From Plasmodiophora brassicae (taxonomy: Eukaryota), in NCBI GenBank assembly GCA_036867785.1, contig CP145421.1:124001-188000 (forward strand): a stretch of 64,000 nt of DNA. The letters are read 5' to 3'. Under the pieces are notes generated by a model. That model saw only the letters and a program-made list of their open reading frames with translations, was not told the origin of the DNA and did no database searches. This document shows positions 31,707-43,545 of the stretch, one piece after another. The translations under genes and the position numbers were made by a program. How positions within the stretch are numbered: position 1 is the first letter of the stretch; every line of letters begins with the position of its first letter.

Positions 31707-33143
31707 ATGGTGGCGCTAAAACCGATGGTTTGCGCACTTGGGCTTGTGCTGACGGTCGCGCTACAAGGTGCTTGGGCCTCAATAACGATCTCGAGGGAGA
31801 ATGGAGGCATGGCGGAACTTCCCAGCACCCCGTTTTTGCTTGGCAACACGTCGTTTGCTGCCATTACCGCTCGGGCTGTTTTACGAATACCCGCTGACAT
31901 CGCCCAGCTAAACACGGACGCCGACGAAATTGCAAGACGCCTTGTTGACATTTCGCCTGTACCATTATCTCAAGCGTTTTTGATGATAGAGTACCAAGAT
32001 TCGTTCAATGTGGCATTGTTCTCTTCTGTATGTGCACAATGCCACTGCCCAGGACTGCTGGTTGGCAACTGCGATGGGCAGACCAAGACGTATTTCACTT
32101 GGATATCGACGCCTAATCGTCAGGTTCCGTCTGTTGCTATCACGTCACAAATCACGGCAACGATACTGGATTCGGTCTCAAGCTCTAACACGTCCTACGT
32201 GATGACGTCTGTCGGCATCGATCTTGGTTGGGAAGCACTTCAAGAGACGGCTTGGCTGATGTCGACTGCTGTTGCGTTGTATCTCGTACTTGCAATCCTC
32301 GCCGTCTTCAAAGGCATCGCGTTCGTTCTTGACGGCAACGGGGACCGTCTGTCGTTCTCACATGTGCCTAAGCCTCAGATCATAATTGTGAGTCTGCATT
32401 TCGCAGCTGCGATGGGCGACCTTCTCACGTTTTTGAACTTTGCTGCTTTAAACACGCGAGGCTTCTCCTACATCGCACAAACAGTTTTATCTCAAGTCAG
32501 CAACCCATTCTACACGTCGGCGACCATGGCAATGGCGCTTCTGCTTCGCGAAGCATCCCAGTTTGGAGTCCAAACTGTAGGTGAGCGTCTCTTCAAAGTC
32601 GTAGTGTATCTTTTGGCAGTGACGTTACTGGCTGGATCTTTCGCCGCGTATCTTCACCAGATCATTTCGTGGCGTCAATTTGCCAACATCGATCTGGAGA
32701 CGTTACTGGTGGTTATCAACTATTTCTGTGCATCCATCTACTTTATTTACTTTGGATACGCAACGACCAAGCGCCTGCTTGTTGTGAAAGGGTCGCTGTC
32801 GGACGAAGAGATTCGACGCCGCCGCCGTTTCGCTCTGCGGTTGGCGCGTAGCGGAGTATGTGGTCTCATTGCTTTTGTCAATTTGCTGGGGATCGCGGCG
32901 AGCGTTGCGACCAAAGGGTCCTTCTCGACGTTTTTCACACTGTATGGCCTGCTTGCCATCACAAGTGCGATCACCCGCATCATGGAGCTGTCGGCGTTCA
33001 CTCCAGTCGGTCAGAAACATCTGCTTGGTCGTCTCAAGGCATTACCCATTGTTCGCAACATGGCATCAGCACTGCTGGCCAGCAACAGCAGTACGGCCCG
33101 TGTTCATCCTGCATCTTCCACCCCGTTGCGTCTGCTGCCCTAA
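31707..33143 (+). CDS. Signal peptide + extracellular domain + ~7 TM membrane protein (receptor-like), intronless
   Basis: Long ORF; hydrophobic N-terminus MVALKPMVCALGLVLTVALQGAWA; about seven hydrophobic helices in the C-terminal half. Confidence 0.8.
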   Translation: MVALKPMVCALGLVLTVALQGAWASITISRENGGMAELPSTPFLLGNTSFAAITARAVLRIPADIAQLNTDADEIARRLVDISPVPLSQAFLMIEYQDSFNVALFSSVCAQCHCPGLLVGNCDGQTKTYFTWISTPNRQVPSVAITSQITATILDSVSSSNTSYVMTSVGIDLGWEALQETAWLMSTAVALYLVLAILAVFKGIAFVLDGNGDRLSFSHVPKPQIIIVSLHFAAAMGDLLTFLNFAALNTRGFSYIAQTVLSQVSNPFYTSATMAMALLLREASQFGVQTVGERLFKVVVYLLAVTLLAGSFAAYLHQIISWRQFANIDLETLLVVINYFCASIYFIYFGYATTKRLLVVKGSLSDEEIRRRRRFALRLARSGVCGLIAFVNLLGIAASVATKGSFSTFFTLYGLLAITSAITRIMELSAFTPVGQKHLLGRLKALPIVRNMASALLASNSSTARVHPASSTPLRLLP

Positions 33144-33499
33144 ACAGAGCCTTTGACGTTCAGACTCTCGCAAACTGACTGATCCCCCAACCATCACAAT
33201 AAACGTTTCCCCACTGTGGCCACCTGTCATACCGCCTTCGGGAGTGCCAAGTTGCTGAAGAGAGAACGTTTTCAAATGCTCGGACGGGTCCACTGACTTT
33301 AGACCCGAAAGGTACGACGTCGGCGCCACATGTCACTACCTATATGTGCTCGTGACAGTTTGACCGATGGACGGCCGATGGACGGCCCCCACGCCACGAC
33401 CTGCCGGCGTTAACGCGCACCATCGCAGCGCCCTACATGGGTAGCGGCTACCGGGATCACTCCACGCCGTGTGATGGTGGTGTCGCCAAACTGCCCACG

Positions 33500-34217
33500 T
33501 ACCATTGCCGTCGCAGTCGCTGCTCTCGTGCGCGCAATCGTTATGCGCCGATCTGGCCAGCGATCATGGCCTGAGCAATGACGTCGACAACTTGGTAGAC
33601 GGTCGCGAACCCGTGGTGCATTTCCTCAAGGATCTCGTCGTCGAGGGAGGCCAGATCAGGATCGGCGGCCATGTTCCTCAGGAAAGTCCCGTTCCTGTCC
33701 ATTTCCGAGGAGTCACTCGCCAGTCGCGTCACTGCATCGACAATGTCAACTGGACGGCAATACCCGAGACGAATTCCTGCCACACTGCTGTACCTGGGAC
33801 AAAATGGCCAGGGGCCTGTCGTTGTGGTCCTTGCGGTTGCCGGTTGACCGTGTTGGCCACTTGCTGCAGGCACCAGGTCGCTGCATCCTGGAATGTACCT
33901 TGTCCATGCCGTCGACCGTTTCCGTACAGCCCTGCGATGCTGTCGCCTGGGTCATCTCTTCGAGATCTCGCTGCAGCGTCAACCAGCTCTTCCGATCCAG
34001 CGCGCCTAGGACGACGTGCACGTTGGGCGTTGCCGGCGGCGTTGTTGGCTGTCCTGGCTGCATTGATGGAGGGGCTGGCGATATTGCTGGTGCTGACGGC
34101 ATTAATGTTGCTGGTGCTGGCCTCGGTCAGGGACGCTGCAGCGTCCTTGTTGCTGATAGACATCCCGCCACCCTCCGCAGTACTGCTTTCGGGTGCCTCA
34201 TCTACAGTATTGCACAT
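33500..34217 (-). pseudogene. Frameshifted hypothetical gene remnant
   Basis: Overlapping protein-like ORFs 33729-34217 and 33541-33873; no family recognised. Confidence 0.3.
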
Positions 34218-35519
34218 GCAATGAGGTTACATTCGTTCGTGGCGGTTGACGATGTGCTACCGCGTTACCGGTTAGCGTGTTTGTGCTGCTGATGGCGACC
34301 GCATACGTCTTGGCCTTATGTCGCTGGATCGCACTGACGATGCGATTGTATAGGATCGCAGTGAACGCCCTTGTCATCGTATTGGGACAGGTCCACGCTC
34401 ACGCCATCGTCCATGACCGGCCTGGTATCGTCCCCAACGGGTCGGCGCCCTTCAAATCGCCCGCCGTTGACGTAACGTGCCGCCCCGGTCCAGGCCGGTA
34501 CTTCTCCTGCTTCCTCACTTAACCAATCTGACAGCTCCGGCCTGAACTTGTCGAACGGCGCCGGCTTGATATATGACGTGTTCGGCCGTGACGTCGAGGA
34601 TGTTCACGCCTGCTCACCGCACCGTTAGCTCGTGCGGCAGCCTGCTCGCGATTTCACACATTCGCAAACGAATCTGGCTGTTGCCGTGGAGACAGAGGGT
34701 CCCAGACACCCTCGTGCAGAACAGGCCGGACGGTCGGCGATCCGAATGTCGGGTCTATTGGGACGCCCGCTGCCTTCGGGGGTCGCAGAAGCGTGTTGAG
34801 CGGGTCGAGCGCCAGGTTTGTGGCCAGCGCCGACGGGATCTTGTGAGGCAGGTGTTTCCAAGTCGGTATCAGAGGACCGGTTCCCAACGCGGTCGACTAG
34901 AACGTTGACGAGGTCAGAAGGCACGGCCGGACGTACAAACCGTCATACGGAGGATACAACCTGTCCAAGACGCATGTTCGATCGTGAACGTCGATGCCCC
35001 CATCTGGGTACTGGTCCACACCATGCTTGCTCATCTGGCCACCTGCCGCGCCGCCGTGCTCGCGTCGCGGCAGGTCGTGGTCCAGCACGTGGATGTTGGA
35101 CCGGCCGGGCTTCTGGCGTTTGAACCGATTCGGCCCGGCGCTCGATGCGGTCGACGACAACGTCTTCGGCGCCTTGCCACCTGCAACGGCACGACCGAGT
35201 CAGCGAGCTGGCAGAACCTGCAGACGACGTCGTCGTCGTCGTATGAGATCATTACGCGGCACGGCCGGGTCGTTCGGGATCAATGGGCTCCAGCACGCGA
35301 CCCGATTTCCTTGGGTGGCACCCCCTTGCCCGTCGACGACGTGTGCGGGGAACCACTGTTAGGTTTCAGGATGGACTGAGACGGCCGTGTGCCCCGCGTT
35401 GTTGGGAGCGGCTTGCCTGTTCGCGACGGTGCATCGGCCCGGTCGAACGTGGGTCTCCGGGGCGCCTGCCGCTGCCGCCGCTGCTGCTGCGCTTCGTCTT
35501 GGTACGATCGCGGACGCCT

Positions 35520-36931
35520 TAGAGGCCGGCGACCACTTTCCGATCCGGCTTTCGGAGAAAGGCCTGCTTGATACGACCTGTACGTACGGGCGGTGTGTCA
35601 GCTAGGGCGACAGCGCCCCAGCGGGATTGGCACAACGGCGTCGTACCTGCGACTGGTGCCCCGGCCCGCTTGCATACCGTTCTTCCTACTGTGCCAACAA
35701 CGACCGACGTGGGATTGCAAACGGCGTTCGCCAGGTGGTACATGTACAGTACGTGGCCCAACGACGAGCGGTTCGCCCGGCCGCGCCTTTAACGCCGAAC
35801 AGCGAATCGCGCGGATGGCGTGGGCGCGCCTGTGCTCGACGATCTGGTGGGCGCCTGCAGCGTAACGGTCTGGTACGGTCCATGGAACGCGCTGACGATC
35901 AAGTAACGATTCTTACGCCATTTACGCAGGGCAACCTGGGCTGGGCGCGCATTGTCGTCGACGGTGACCAGGTCGGTCTGGAAGCGGAACATGCGGTCGG
36001 CGAACCGGTGCTTGTCGTTGTCGACGTTTCGGTCCTCGCCGGGCAGGGCGACTTCGCCGGGCAACAGCCCGCCGGGCTTGACGCGGCTCTCGTACGCGGC
36101 GATCACCTTGGTCATCGTGGTACAGAATCGGCCACTTGGGCGACGCCCCGCCGCTTCCACCATGATGTCGGACTCGACGACTTTGAACTTATCGTCGTCG
36201 TTCAGGTCGAGGACGTCGCGCTCCAGGTGCGGATCCTCCTTCATGTCAAGGCGCGGCCGGGTGAACCGCTCGTCGTCGGGCCACGTACTGTACATGTAGT
36301 CGAGCTCGTCCTGGTGGTCGGCGCGGGCGGTCTCCTGGCCCGGTTTCTTTCCAAAGCACGTGCGCACGTGCTCGCGATGCGCAACCTCGTCGGGCAGTCC
36401 ATGGGCGCGCGCCTCCAGGTTCCACAGCAATTCCTCGTACCGGCCGCGCATGGCCATCGCGACATTGGCTGGACCAGTCCTCGGAACCGGTCGAACACGT
36501 TCTTGTTGATCGGGCCGGGAACCTTGTAGCGCGCCTCGACGATCGCATCGTGGCCCTCCTGCTCCGTCGCCAGCTTCTTGAACTTGTCCGACGCCCTTAG
36601 CTGGGCCTCGACCGCCTCCTGCTGCAGGGTCATCGTCCAGGAGGCGGACGGCCCGTGAACCGTCTCGCCGACGCGCTGCCCGACGCCTTGCACACCGGCC
36701 GGCCACGTTCGCCGGACATCGTCGGTCGCCTTGGCGGCTGCGCAGCAGCAGGCGGACGGGCGCCTCGACCGCATCGTCGTTCTGATCTGGCGCAGCACGT
36801 TCAGGACGCCCAGGCTCCAGAAGATCATGCTCCCGTGCTTGATATTGCGGCGCTACCTCGCCGTCAGGCGGGCGTCGTCGTCGCCCATCTGCAGACGTGT
36901 GGAGGTCGCAGCGTAAATGCCTGTTAACCAC
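35520..36931 (-). pseudogene. Degraded DUF4246-like gene with an inverted paralogous fragment
   Basis: Frameshifted ORFs 36241-36828 and 35789-36931. The + strand fragment reads DWHNGVV and YMYSTWPNDERF; the - strand reads YMYSTWPDDERF and FRFQTDLVTVDD. Family call is from motif memory only. Confidence 0.35.
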
Positions 36932-37064
36932 CGTCAGTAGCTCGAATCCTGAGGTGGAGGCATACCGGATGTTCCTGGGAGGGCGTTCGCTCGCCTTTCT
37001 GCAGCTTCACAGGCTGTTCGTCACCAGCACGGTTGCGTCTCGATGAACCGGCGTCTGACGCGAG

Positions 37065-37558
37065 ACCTGTCAAGAGGCAGAAAGCGTGCCTGATCGGTCA
37101 TCCGAGCTTGATGATGGCCTTTCTAGGAAAGTTCAAGCAGCCAACCACCGACAACGGCATCGATGTCAACGCGGACGTCTTCCGCGACGTTGGAATTGTT
37201 GATCGCTGTGTCGGTCTGTTGCTGCAACAGGGGCTTCCGCAGGACTGGTTTTGCTTTCTGGACGTTCTATGAAATGAAATAGCACTCCAGTGCACCTTGG
37301 TGAACAGCGTTAAGTTCTTGAACATCGGGCACTGGAGTTCTATCTCATTTCGCAGTACGTCCAGGAAGCAAAACCAGTCGTGCGGAAGCCCCTGTTGCAG
37401 CTGCAGACCGACACAGCGGTCAACAATTCCAACGTCGCGGAAGACGTCCGCGTTGACATCGATGCCGTTGTCGGTGGTTGGCTGCTTGAACTTTCCTAGA
37501 AACGCCATCATCAAGGTCGGATGATCGATCAAGCATGCTCATGCCTCTTGACAGGTCC
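37065..37558. repeat. Long inverted repeat (arms ~230 bp, ~30-nt spacer)
   Basis: 37065-37296 is the reverse complement of 37327-37558 with scattered mismatches; mirrored ORFs on both strands. Confidence 0.93.
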
Positions 37559-38656
37559 CTTGTTGCTTGTGAAGATGCCTGAGGCAAGCGGTGGATGCCT
37601 CCACAAGCCATTGCTGTGCCCGTCTTAGCAACCCTGTTGGTGGACAAGACCACAATATTCGCCAGCTTGTGGTCCGGGACCAACCTGCCAACGGAACATG
37701 TCAAATTTGTTGCAAACGGGATACAGGTTATGCGTACTGCTTCAACGTTTCCTTACAAAAGTGGAGGGTTGAACGCGCGTCGAGTCGTTTCTTTGGCGGA
37801 CACCTTTGCCGATAAATGACTGCAGGTGAGCGTGGATCAACAGATCCCGCGAGGTCTTGAACATCTCCTTAATTCGCGTTGACGTCGCCTCATAGGAGGC
37901 CTTCGGCGACTTCCCGGTCGCCAGCCCATTGCCGTTGCCCGTTGCACATCTCAAGGGGTGGCCGAGAACGTCCAAAGGAACCGCCAGGCGAGCTAATGGA
38001 CGTCCGAATTTCATCGAACGTTGACGCGTGCCAACTGCGAAGGCGTCCCCGTGTCCGCTTCGATCGCTGAAAGGCGACCACCGCAATGAGTGACACGACA
38101 CCACTACCGGACGAAAGGCACCGTCGCTGTTTACCGTTTTCGTTTGCGTTCGTCTACGGGTCGCCTTCTGACAGCGTCGTGTTGTGGGTCACCCCTGGTC
38201 GGATCTGGGGTACGGCGCACGAACAGGAGCCGCCACGTGACACGACGTCGCAGCGCGACAACTGGGCCGTGTTCCTTGACCGCAGCCGGTGTCACGAGGA
38301 GCGAAACGCGAAGCGACGAGTAGTTGCGCAATCGGGGTCACGAGGAGCGAAACGCGAAGCGAGCGCTTCGTGCCGACGAAGCGTAGATGATGCGCAGTCC
38401 GCGGCACTGCGGTTGCAACGTGGCGAGCGCGTCCGCGGTCGGTTGCCAAAAATCGCACTTTTCGGGAAGTGCGCCCGGCAGGCACGTGTGCACCTGAGTG
38501 ACGTGCGTGGCCAGTGGACGCAGTCCGACGCGCACTTTCAAGAAGTGCGCAAGGCAGTCCGGACAGGACCGCAATCTGGACGTGTGGCGTTGCCAAACGC
38601 AGAAGTAGGAGATTTCCAAGCAGCTGCATCGGCATCTCATCAGCGACATGGTCAGC

Positions 38657-39941
38657 ATGTCCATCAGCAATCGCGTTCGACCCAGCGGTACGACAGCCAC
38701 GTCCCTGATCCTGGTCGCCGGCCTCTTCGCTGGGATCCTGGATGTCGCCATGGGGCTCCCTCCACACGGCACCGGTGACGACATTGCCGCCACACGTCCG
38801 GGCGACACGGATGGCGACATTGCTTCCGCTGCTTCAAACATGAACGACTGGGGCACGATCGCTGCTATGCGCTGGCGCCAGCGCTCAATGCCGGATCAGT
38901 TCCAACAGGCCGTCGGTCGCGTTCCAGGCATGGTACGGCTCATGCAAGTTATGACTACCCGGCACCGACGTCGCGATATAGTTAAGAACATTCGCCGCCA
39001 CCTCGTTACCGGTTCCGGTCCACACACCATCGCGTACCTGACGTGCGAGGCGGAATGGAACGAACGTCAATCGTTGTTGCATTGGGCCGCGTTTTACGGA
39101 GAGAAAGAGGTTGCCGAGTTCGTGCTAAGTGCCCCGGGAGTTGTCGTCAATGCGGTCGGGGCGAACCGATTGCGGAGTAGGCCTCTGCATCTGGCCTATT
39201 GTCAAGTTGATGCTGGCTGCACCGGGAATCGACGTTAATGCACGCGATGATGATCTGAGATCGCCACTGCACTTGGCCGTGATAAGTGACAAGCCAAAGG
39301 TGGTCAGAATCCTGGCGAGTACCACTGGGGTGGACATCAACGGCCTCGACTCGAACGGGAAAACCCCTCTGGAGTGCGCGATAGACGGTTGGGATGCGCA
39401 TCCCACCCATCGACGTCTCTACTCCATCGTGGCCCTGCTCAAGGCCGGCGGCCGTCTTGGTACAAATGACTACACGGTGCTGTACTGGGCCGTGAAGAAC
39501 AACAGTACACACGTTGCTAAGATGTTGCTCAAGCAGCCATGGATCGATGTCAACGCTGGAGGTCGACGCGTGCCGACACCACTGTACCAGGCCGTGGAGA
39601 CGCAAAACTCTTACATGGTCAAGATGTTGCTCAAGCACCCGAAGATTGATGCAAACCGTGGCAATCCTTTATTGCTGGCCGTCAAGGACGGCACCCTTCA
39701 GATCGCTGTCATGCTCGTCAAGTGCCCGACGCTCGACGTCACATGCCAAGCGTTCCGCAAGGCGCTGGACATGGCCAGGAAACGCCAATATACAGACCTC
39801 GTCTCGTTGATGAATGAGCTCTGGAGCGACGTCGACATTGACGGTCCCATCTCCATGCCTGCGGCTCTGAAGACCTTCTTCAAGAACCCGTGTATCACGA
39901 GCTTGAACTGTGTGCCAAATGTGCACCTTCGTACGCGCTGA
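38657..39941 (+). pseudogene. Secreted ankyrin-repeat protein ANK1, frameshifting deletion near 39197
   Basis: Signal peptide SLILVAGLFAGILDVAMG, ankyrin motifs LLHWAA, PLHLA, GIDVNARD; split across two frames. Confidence 0.85.
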
Positions 39942-40531
39942 CCGCTGTCGCATCCGGAACGTATGGCCACTTTTGCATTACAGACTTTGGTGATTTGCTT
40001 GTGCGCTGCCCGTCAATTATTGACCCGCTGTACCATCGTAGTTCATATTTAGGATCAGGTATGTCCAGAACCTCAAAAGGCTATGTAGATCTGTAGTACT
40101 GTTGCCTAGTGGGCGTTGTACATCCGGTGTGTTTCCAACGACATCGTTTGGGGGAAGGAGCGCGAAGCAGATCATGGGGAATCGGACTCGGAGGTTGTGC
40201 AAGGCGGTAATATGAGCACGATCATCTGCCACGAGAGAACAGGAGGTGGGGTGGGTGGGGTGGGGGGGGGTAGCAGCGCGCATATACATGTCGCGTTTCG
40301 TAGCGATAGCGGCATGAGAGCCGTATAGACAGACGGCGGCCTGGACGCCTGGATGTCACCAGCGCTGCGGAGTCCGCCGCGCATCCGCAATCCCGGCCGG
40401 TCAAGACGCGCAGTTTTGAAGACCGAGCGGGATTCCGTCCCCGGTGCAGTGAGTGCGGATTGCGGGTTCTGCCGTTCTGGCCAGACTGCTTTTTGTCATC
40501 GGTGTCGTCGATCTCCCAGCGTTCGGCATCA

Positions 40532-41237
40532 ATGTCCATCAACAATCGCAACCGGCCAAGCGGAATGCCAGCGTTTTCCCTGATCCTGGTCGCCGGCGTC
40601 ATTCTCGCTGGTATCATTGACTGTGTCATGGCCGATGGTGACGACTTCGCGACCTCGAAGATCAAAGAGTTAAACCAGGCCGTGCGCGGTCACAAGCTCA
40701 ACAAGGTCAAAACTCTGGTGCAATCCAATGGTATGGACGTCGTCAACGGCGTCGACAGGGACGGGAAAACACCTTTGCAGAATGCGCTGGAGGTTTGGAA
40801 TGTGTGCCAGACTTCTGTAACTCGTTCCATCGTCAGGGCTCTGATCAACGCTGGCGCCGGTGTTGGGGCGGAAGGACGAACGCCGGCACTGTACTGGGCC
40901 GTGGATAACGACTTTCGAGACATGATCGATATGCTGCTACACGTCCGGCCTGGAGTCGACGTCAATATCGGCGCATCGACACGAAGTCGTTAAGCTGCTG
41001 GTGGAGGCGCACGGGATCAATGTCAATTCGGACAACCCGTTACTGTCGGCAATCCGGAATGGCGACCTGGAGATCGCTGCGACTCTCGCCAATTCCCCGA
41101 GGCTCGACGTCACTTCCAAAGGGTTCCAGGAGGCGTTGCGGTTTGCTCAATGGCGAGCTGTGAATAGCGACGAGGGCCGTGGCTATTCACAGCTCGGGTC
41201 CATGATGGTTGACAGAGCCGAACGTGCCGCGACGTGA
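40532..41237 (+). pseudogene. Secreted ankyrin-repeat protein ANK2, shortened and frameshifted near 40980
   Basis: Signal peptide, GKTPLQNA, LYWAV, NPLLSAI. ORFs 40460-40993 and 41001-41237. Confidence 0.8.
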
Positions 41238-41690
41238 TGTTTCTGCTTTTGATCGGCGGACTGTACCAGACCGCAAATCGACCTTCATTGATCATTTCGC
41301 TACACATGTGTAACGAACAATCGTCCCTGCGGTGCTTCTCGTAGTACTATGAGCTAGGCTTTCTTTGTTTTTCCGCCGCCTTCCGACTAGGAAAGCGTCG
41401 CCGTACGTCGAAACCACGCCGCACTGTCAGTGGATCACATAGGATACATATTGCGATAGGTCACAAGCAGCAGACCGGCGACAAGTTGGATGCAGAAAGA
41501 CGTTGTATCCCAGTATTTCTATATCCGGTTGGTATGTACGTACCTTACCTGTGCCAGCAAGTCCGAGAGGAATCCACTGCGGGCGCCGTGCGAGCGCGCA
41601 GCTAGGGCAGCAGACCAGTTCCCCAGTATATTCCGAGCGAGATCGACATCTTCGGCTCAGCTGCTCATCAACGTACCGAGGTCGGATACA

Positions 41691-42914
41691 ATGTCCATCA
41701 GCAATCGCCTTGGATCCCATCGTATGCCGGTGGTTGCGCTGCTGATCCTGACAGCCACCCTTCTCGCCGGTCGCATCCTGCAGGCTGCTGACGTGGCGAT
41801 CGTTCCGGGCGACACCCGCGGCATACCACGCAACCAATGGCCTGCGATCGCAGCCTTGCGTGGCCAGCCCGCATTCATGTCGGCTGTCGACAGCGCTCCC
41901 GGCCTGGCACGCCTCAAGTGGATCGCCCACGACAAGATGAGGAAGGAGATCGTCACTCAACTTCATGAACACCTCTTTACCGGAAAAGCACAGGACAGCG
42001 AAGTCGCCCACCTGATCGGCAAAGAACAATGGGACACACGTCAGACGCTGCTGCACTGGGCCGCAAGCGAAGGCGAGACCGAGATTGTCCAGTTCCTGCT
42101 GAGTGCTCCGGGTGTCACTGCCAATGTGGTTGATGGCACCCATGGGCGGGCGCCATTGCACTGTGCCTCTCGTCAGGGGCAGCGTCCCACTATGGAGTTG
42201 CTGTTGGCGGCTCGGGGCATCCAAGTCAATGCACGCGACTGGAAGCAGAGGACGCCACTGCATTTAGCCGTGATCTCCGGGCAGGACGACGCCGTCATGG
42301 CCTTGGTGAACGCCGACAGCATTGACGTCACAGCCGTCGACGAGGACGGGAAGAGCCCTCTGCAGCACGCGATGGAAGGCTGGCGCCGTGCGAAACCGTC
42401 TTCTGCGCGCCAGCACATCATCAAGGTCCTGATCCGTTTCGGCGCCGGGTTCGGCCCGATGTCAGACGTCACGCCGTTGTACTGGGCCGTGCATCACGAC
42501 CATTCTGACATCGTCGAGCTGCTGCTCAAGATGGAAGGAGTCGATGTCAACGAGGGCGGCGGCAATCAGCCCCTGTGCGAGGCCGTGATGCAAGACCGAC
42601 CTCACCTGGTTACGATGCTGCTGGAGCACGAGAACATTGATGTCAATGCTGGCCACCCGTTGCTGCTTGCCGTCCAGATACGCCACCTTCGAATCGCTAG
42701 GATGCTCGCCCAGCACCCGAGGCTGGATGTCACTTCGCAAGGTTTCCAGCAGGCACTGCAGATGGCCGAGAGGTACGGTTATACGCAACTCGTGTCCTTG
42801 ATGAATGACCGCTGCAGCCGCCGTAAACTGTCGCGTTCCCTGACGTCGGGACTCTTCAAGAACCCATGTTTCTCGATGGACAGCGTCCACGATGTTCATC
42901 GCCCTGCGCAGTAA
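41691..42914 (+). CDS. Secreted ankyrin-repeat protein ANK3
   Basis: Intact intronless ORF, signal peptide, ~7 ankyrin repeats. Confidence 0.92.
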   Translation: MSISNRLGSHRMPVVALLILTATLLAGRILQAADVAIVPGDTRGIPRNQWPAIAALRGQPAFMSAVDSAPGLARLKWIAHDKMRKEIVTQLHEHLFTGKAQDSEVAHLIGKEQWDTRQTLLHWAASEGETEIVQFLLSAPGVTANVVDGTHGRAPLHCASRQGQRPTMELLLAARGIQVNARDWKQRTPLHLAVISGQDDAVMALVNADSIDVTAVDEDGKSPLQHAMEGWRRAKPSSARQHIIKVLIRFGAGFGPMSDVTPLYWAVHHDHSDIVELLLKMEGVDVNEGGGNQPLCEAVMQDRPHLVTMLLEHENIDVNAGHPLLLAVQIRHLRIARMLAQHPRLDVTSQGFQQALQMAERYGYTQLVSLMNDRCSRRKLSRSLTSGLFKNPCFSMDSVHDVHRPAQ

Positions 42915-43545
42915 AGTCGCATATGCCTTTCAGGAGTGACCTTGCCGCCGTAGTATGGTCAGGGAGATGAGAAACACGGGTGCTGGTGTAGAGACAGCGG
43001 CTGGAGCTGCGCACGTAACCGTCGATCAGCGTCTCTGCTGTTACCGACGCTAACAAAATGGGACGCCACCTGACAACGCGTTGACGTCGGACGTGCCGCC
43101 AGCACCGGTACCAATTCCGAATCGTCCGGTTCACATCGAGGCGATTCTACTTTTTAATTGCGTTCAGCACAGGGTGCGGCAGCAATCAATTACCCATTTA
43201 TGCATGCTGAAAGCGAGGTTGATTACGTCAACTCGTTTGCGGCATTCCGAAATCGGCAAATACCGTCACCGACTGATCAATCGACCTGGCGAGGCCATGA
43301 TCAATGTTTGTGCAACCCACTGTATCTGACGGTGTCCTGCAGTGCTGGATGGTACAACGAGCGCGCCCCGGGGAAAGTCCGGGGCGGCATCCGCAAGACG
43401 CAGCCCGCAAGACCACGGGTCAAGGCGCGCAGTTCCGAGAAAGCGCGGAGCCCCTGCCGGGCTGCATGCAGCTGGTCCGTCTCGCAGCGTCCGCACCAGA
43501 CCGGAAAACGTGTCGGAACAACTCAGCCGTTCGTCATCAACATTA

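Noticed and set aside
38292-38362. 25-bp direct repeat TCACGAGGAGCGAAACGCGAAGCGA x2
   Set aside because: Only two copies; most simply a local duplication.
40243-40270. G-quadruplex-capable G-runs upstream of ANK2
   Set aside because: Single instance, not seen at the paralogs; no support for function.
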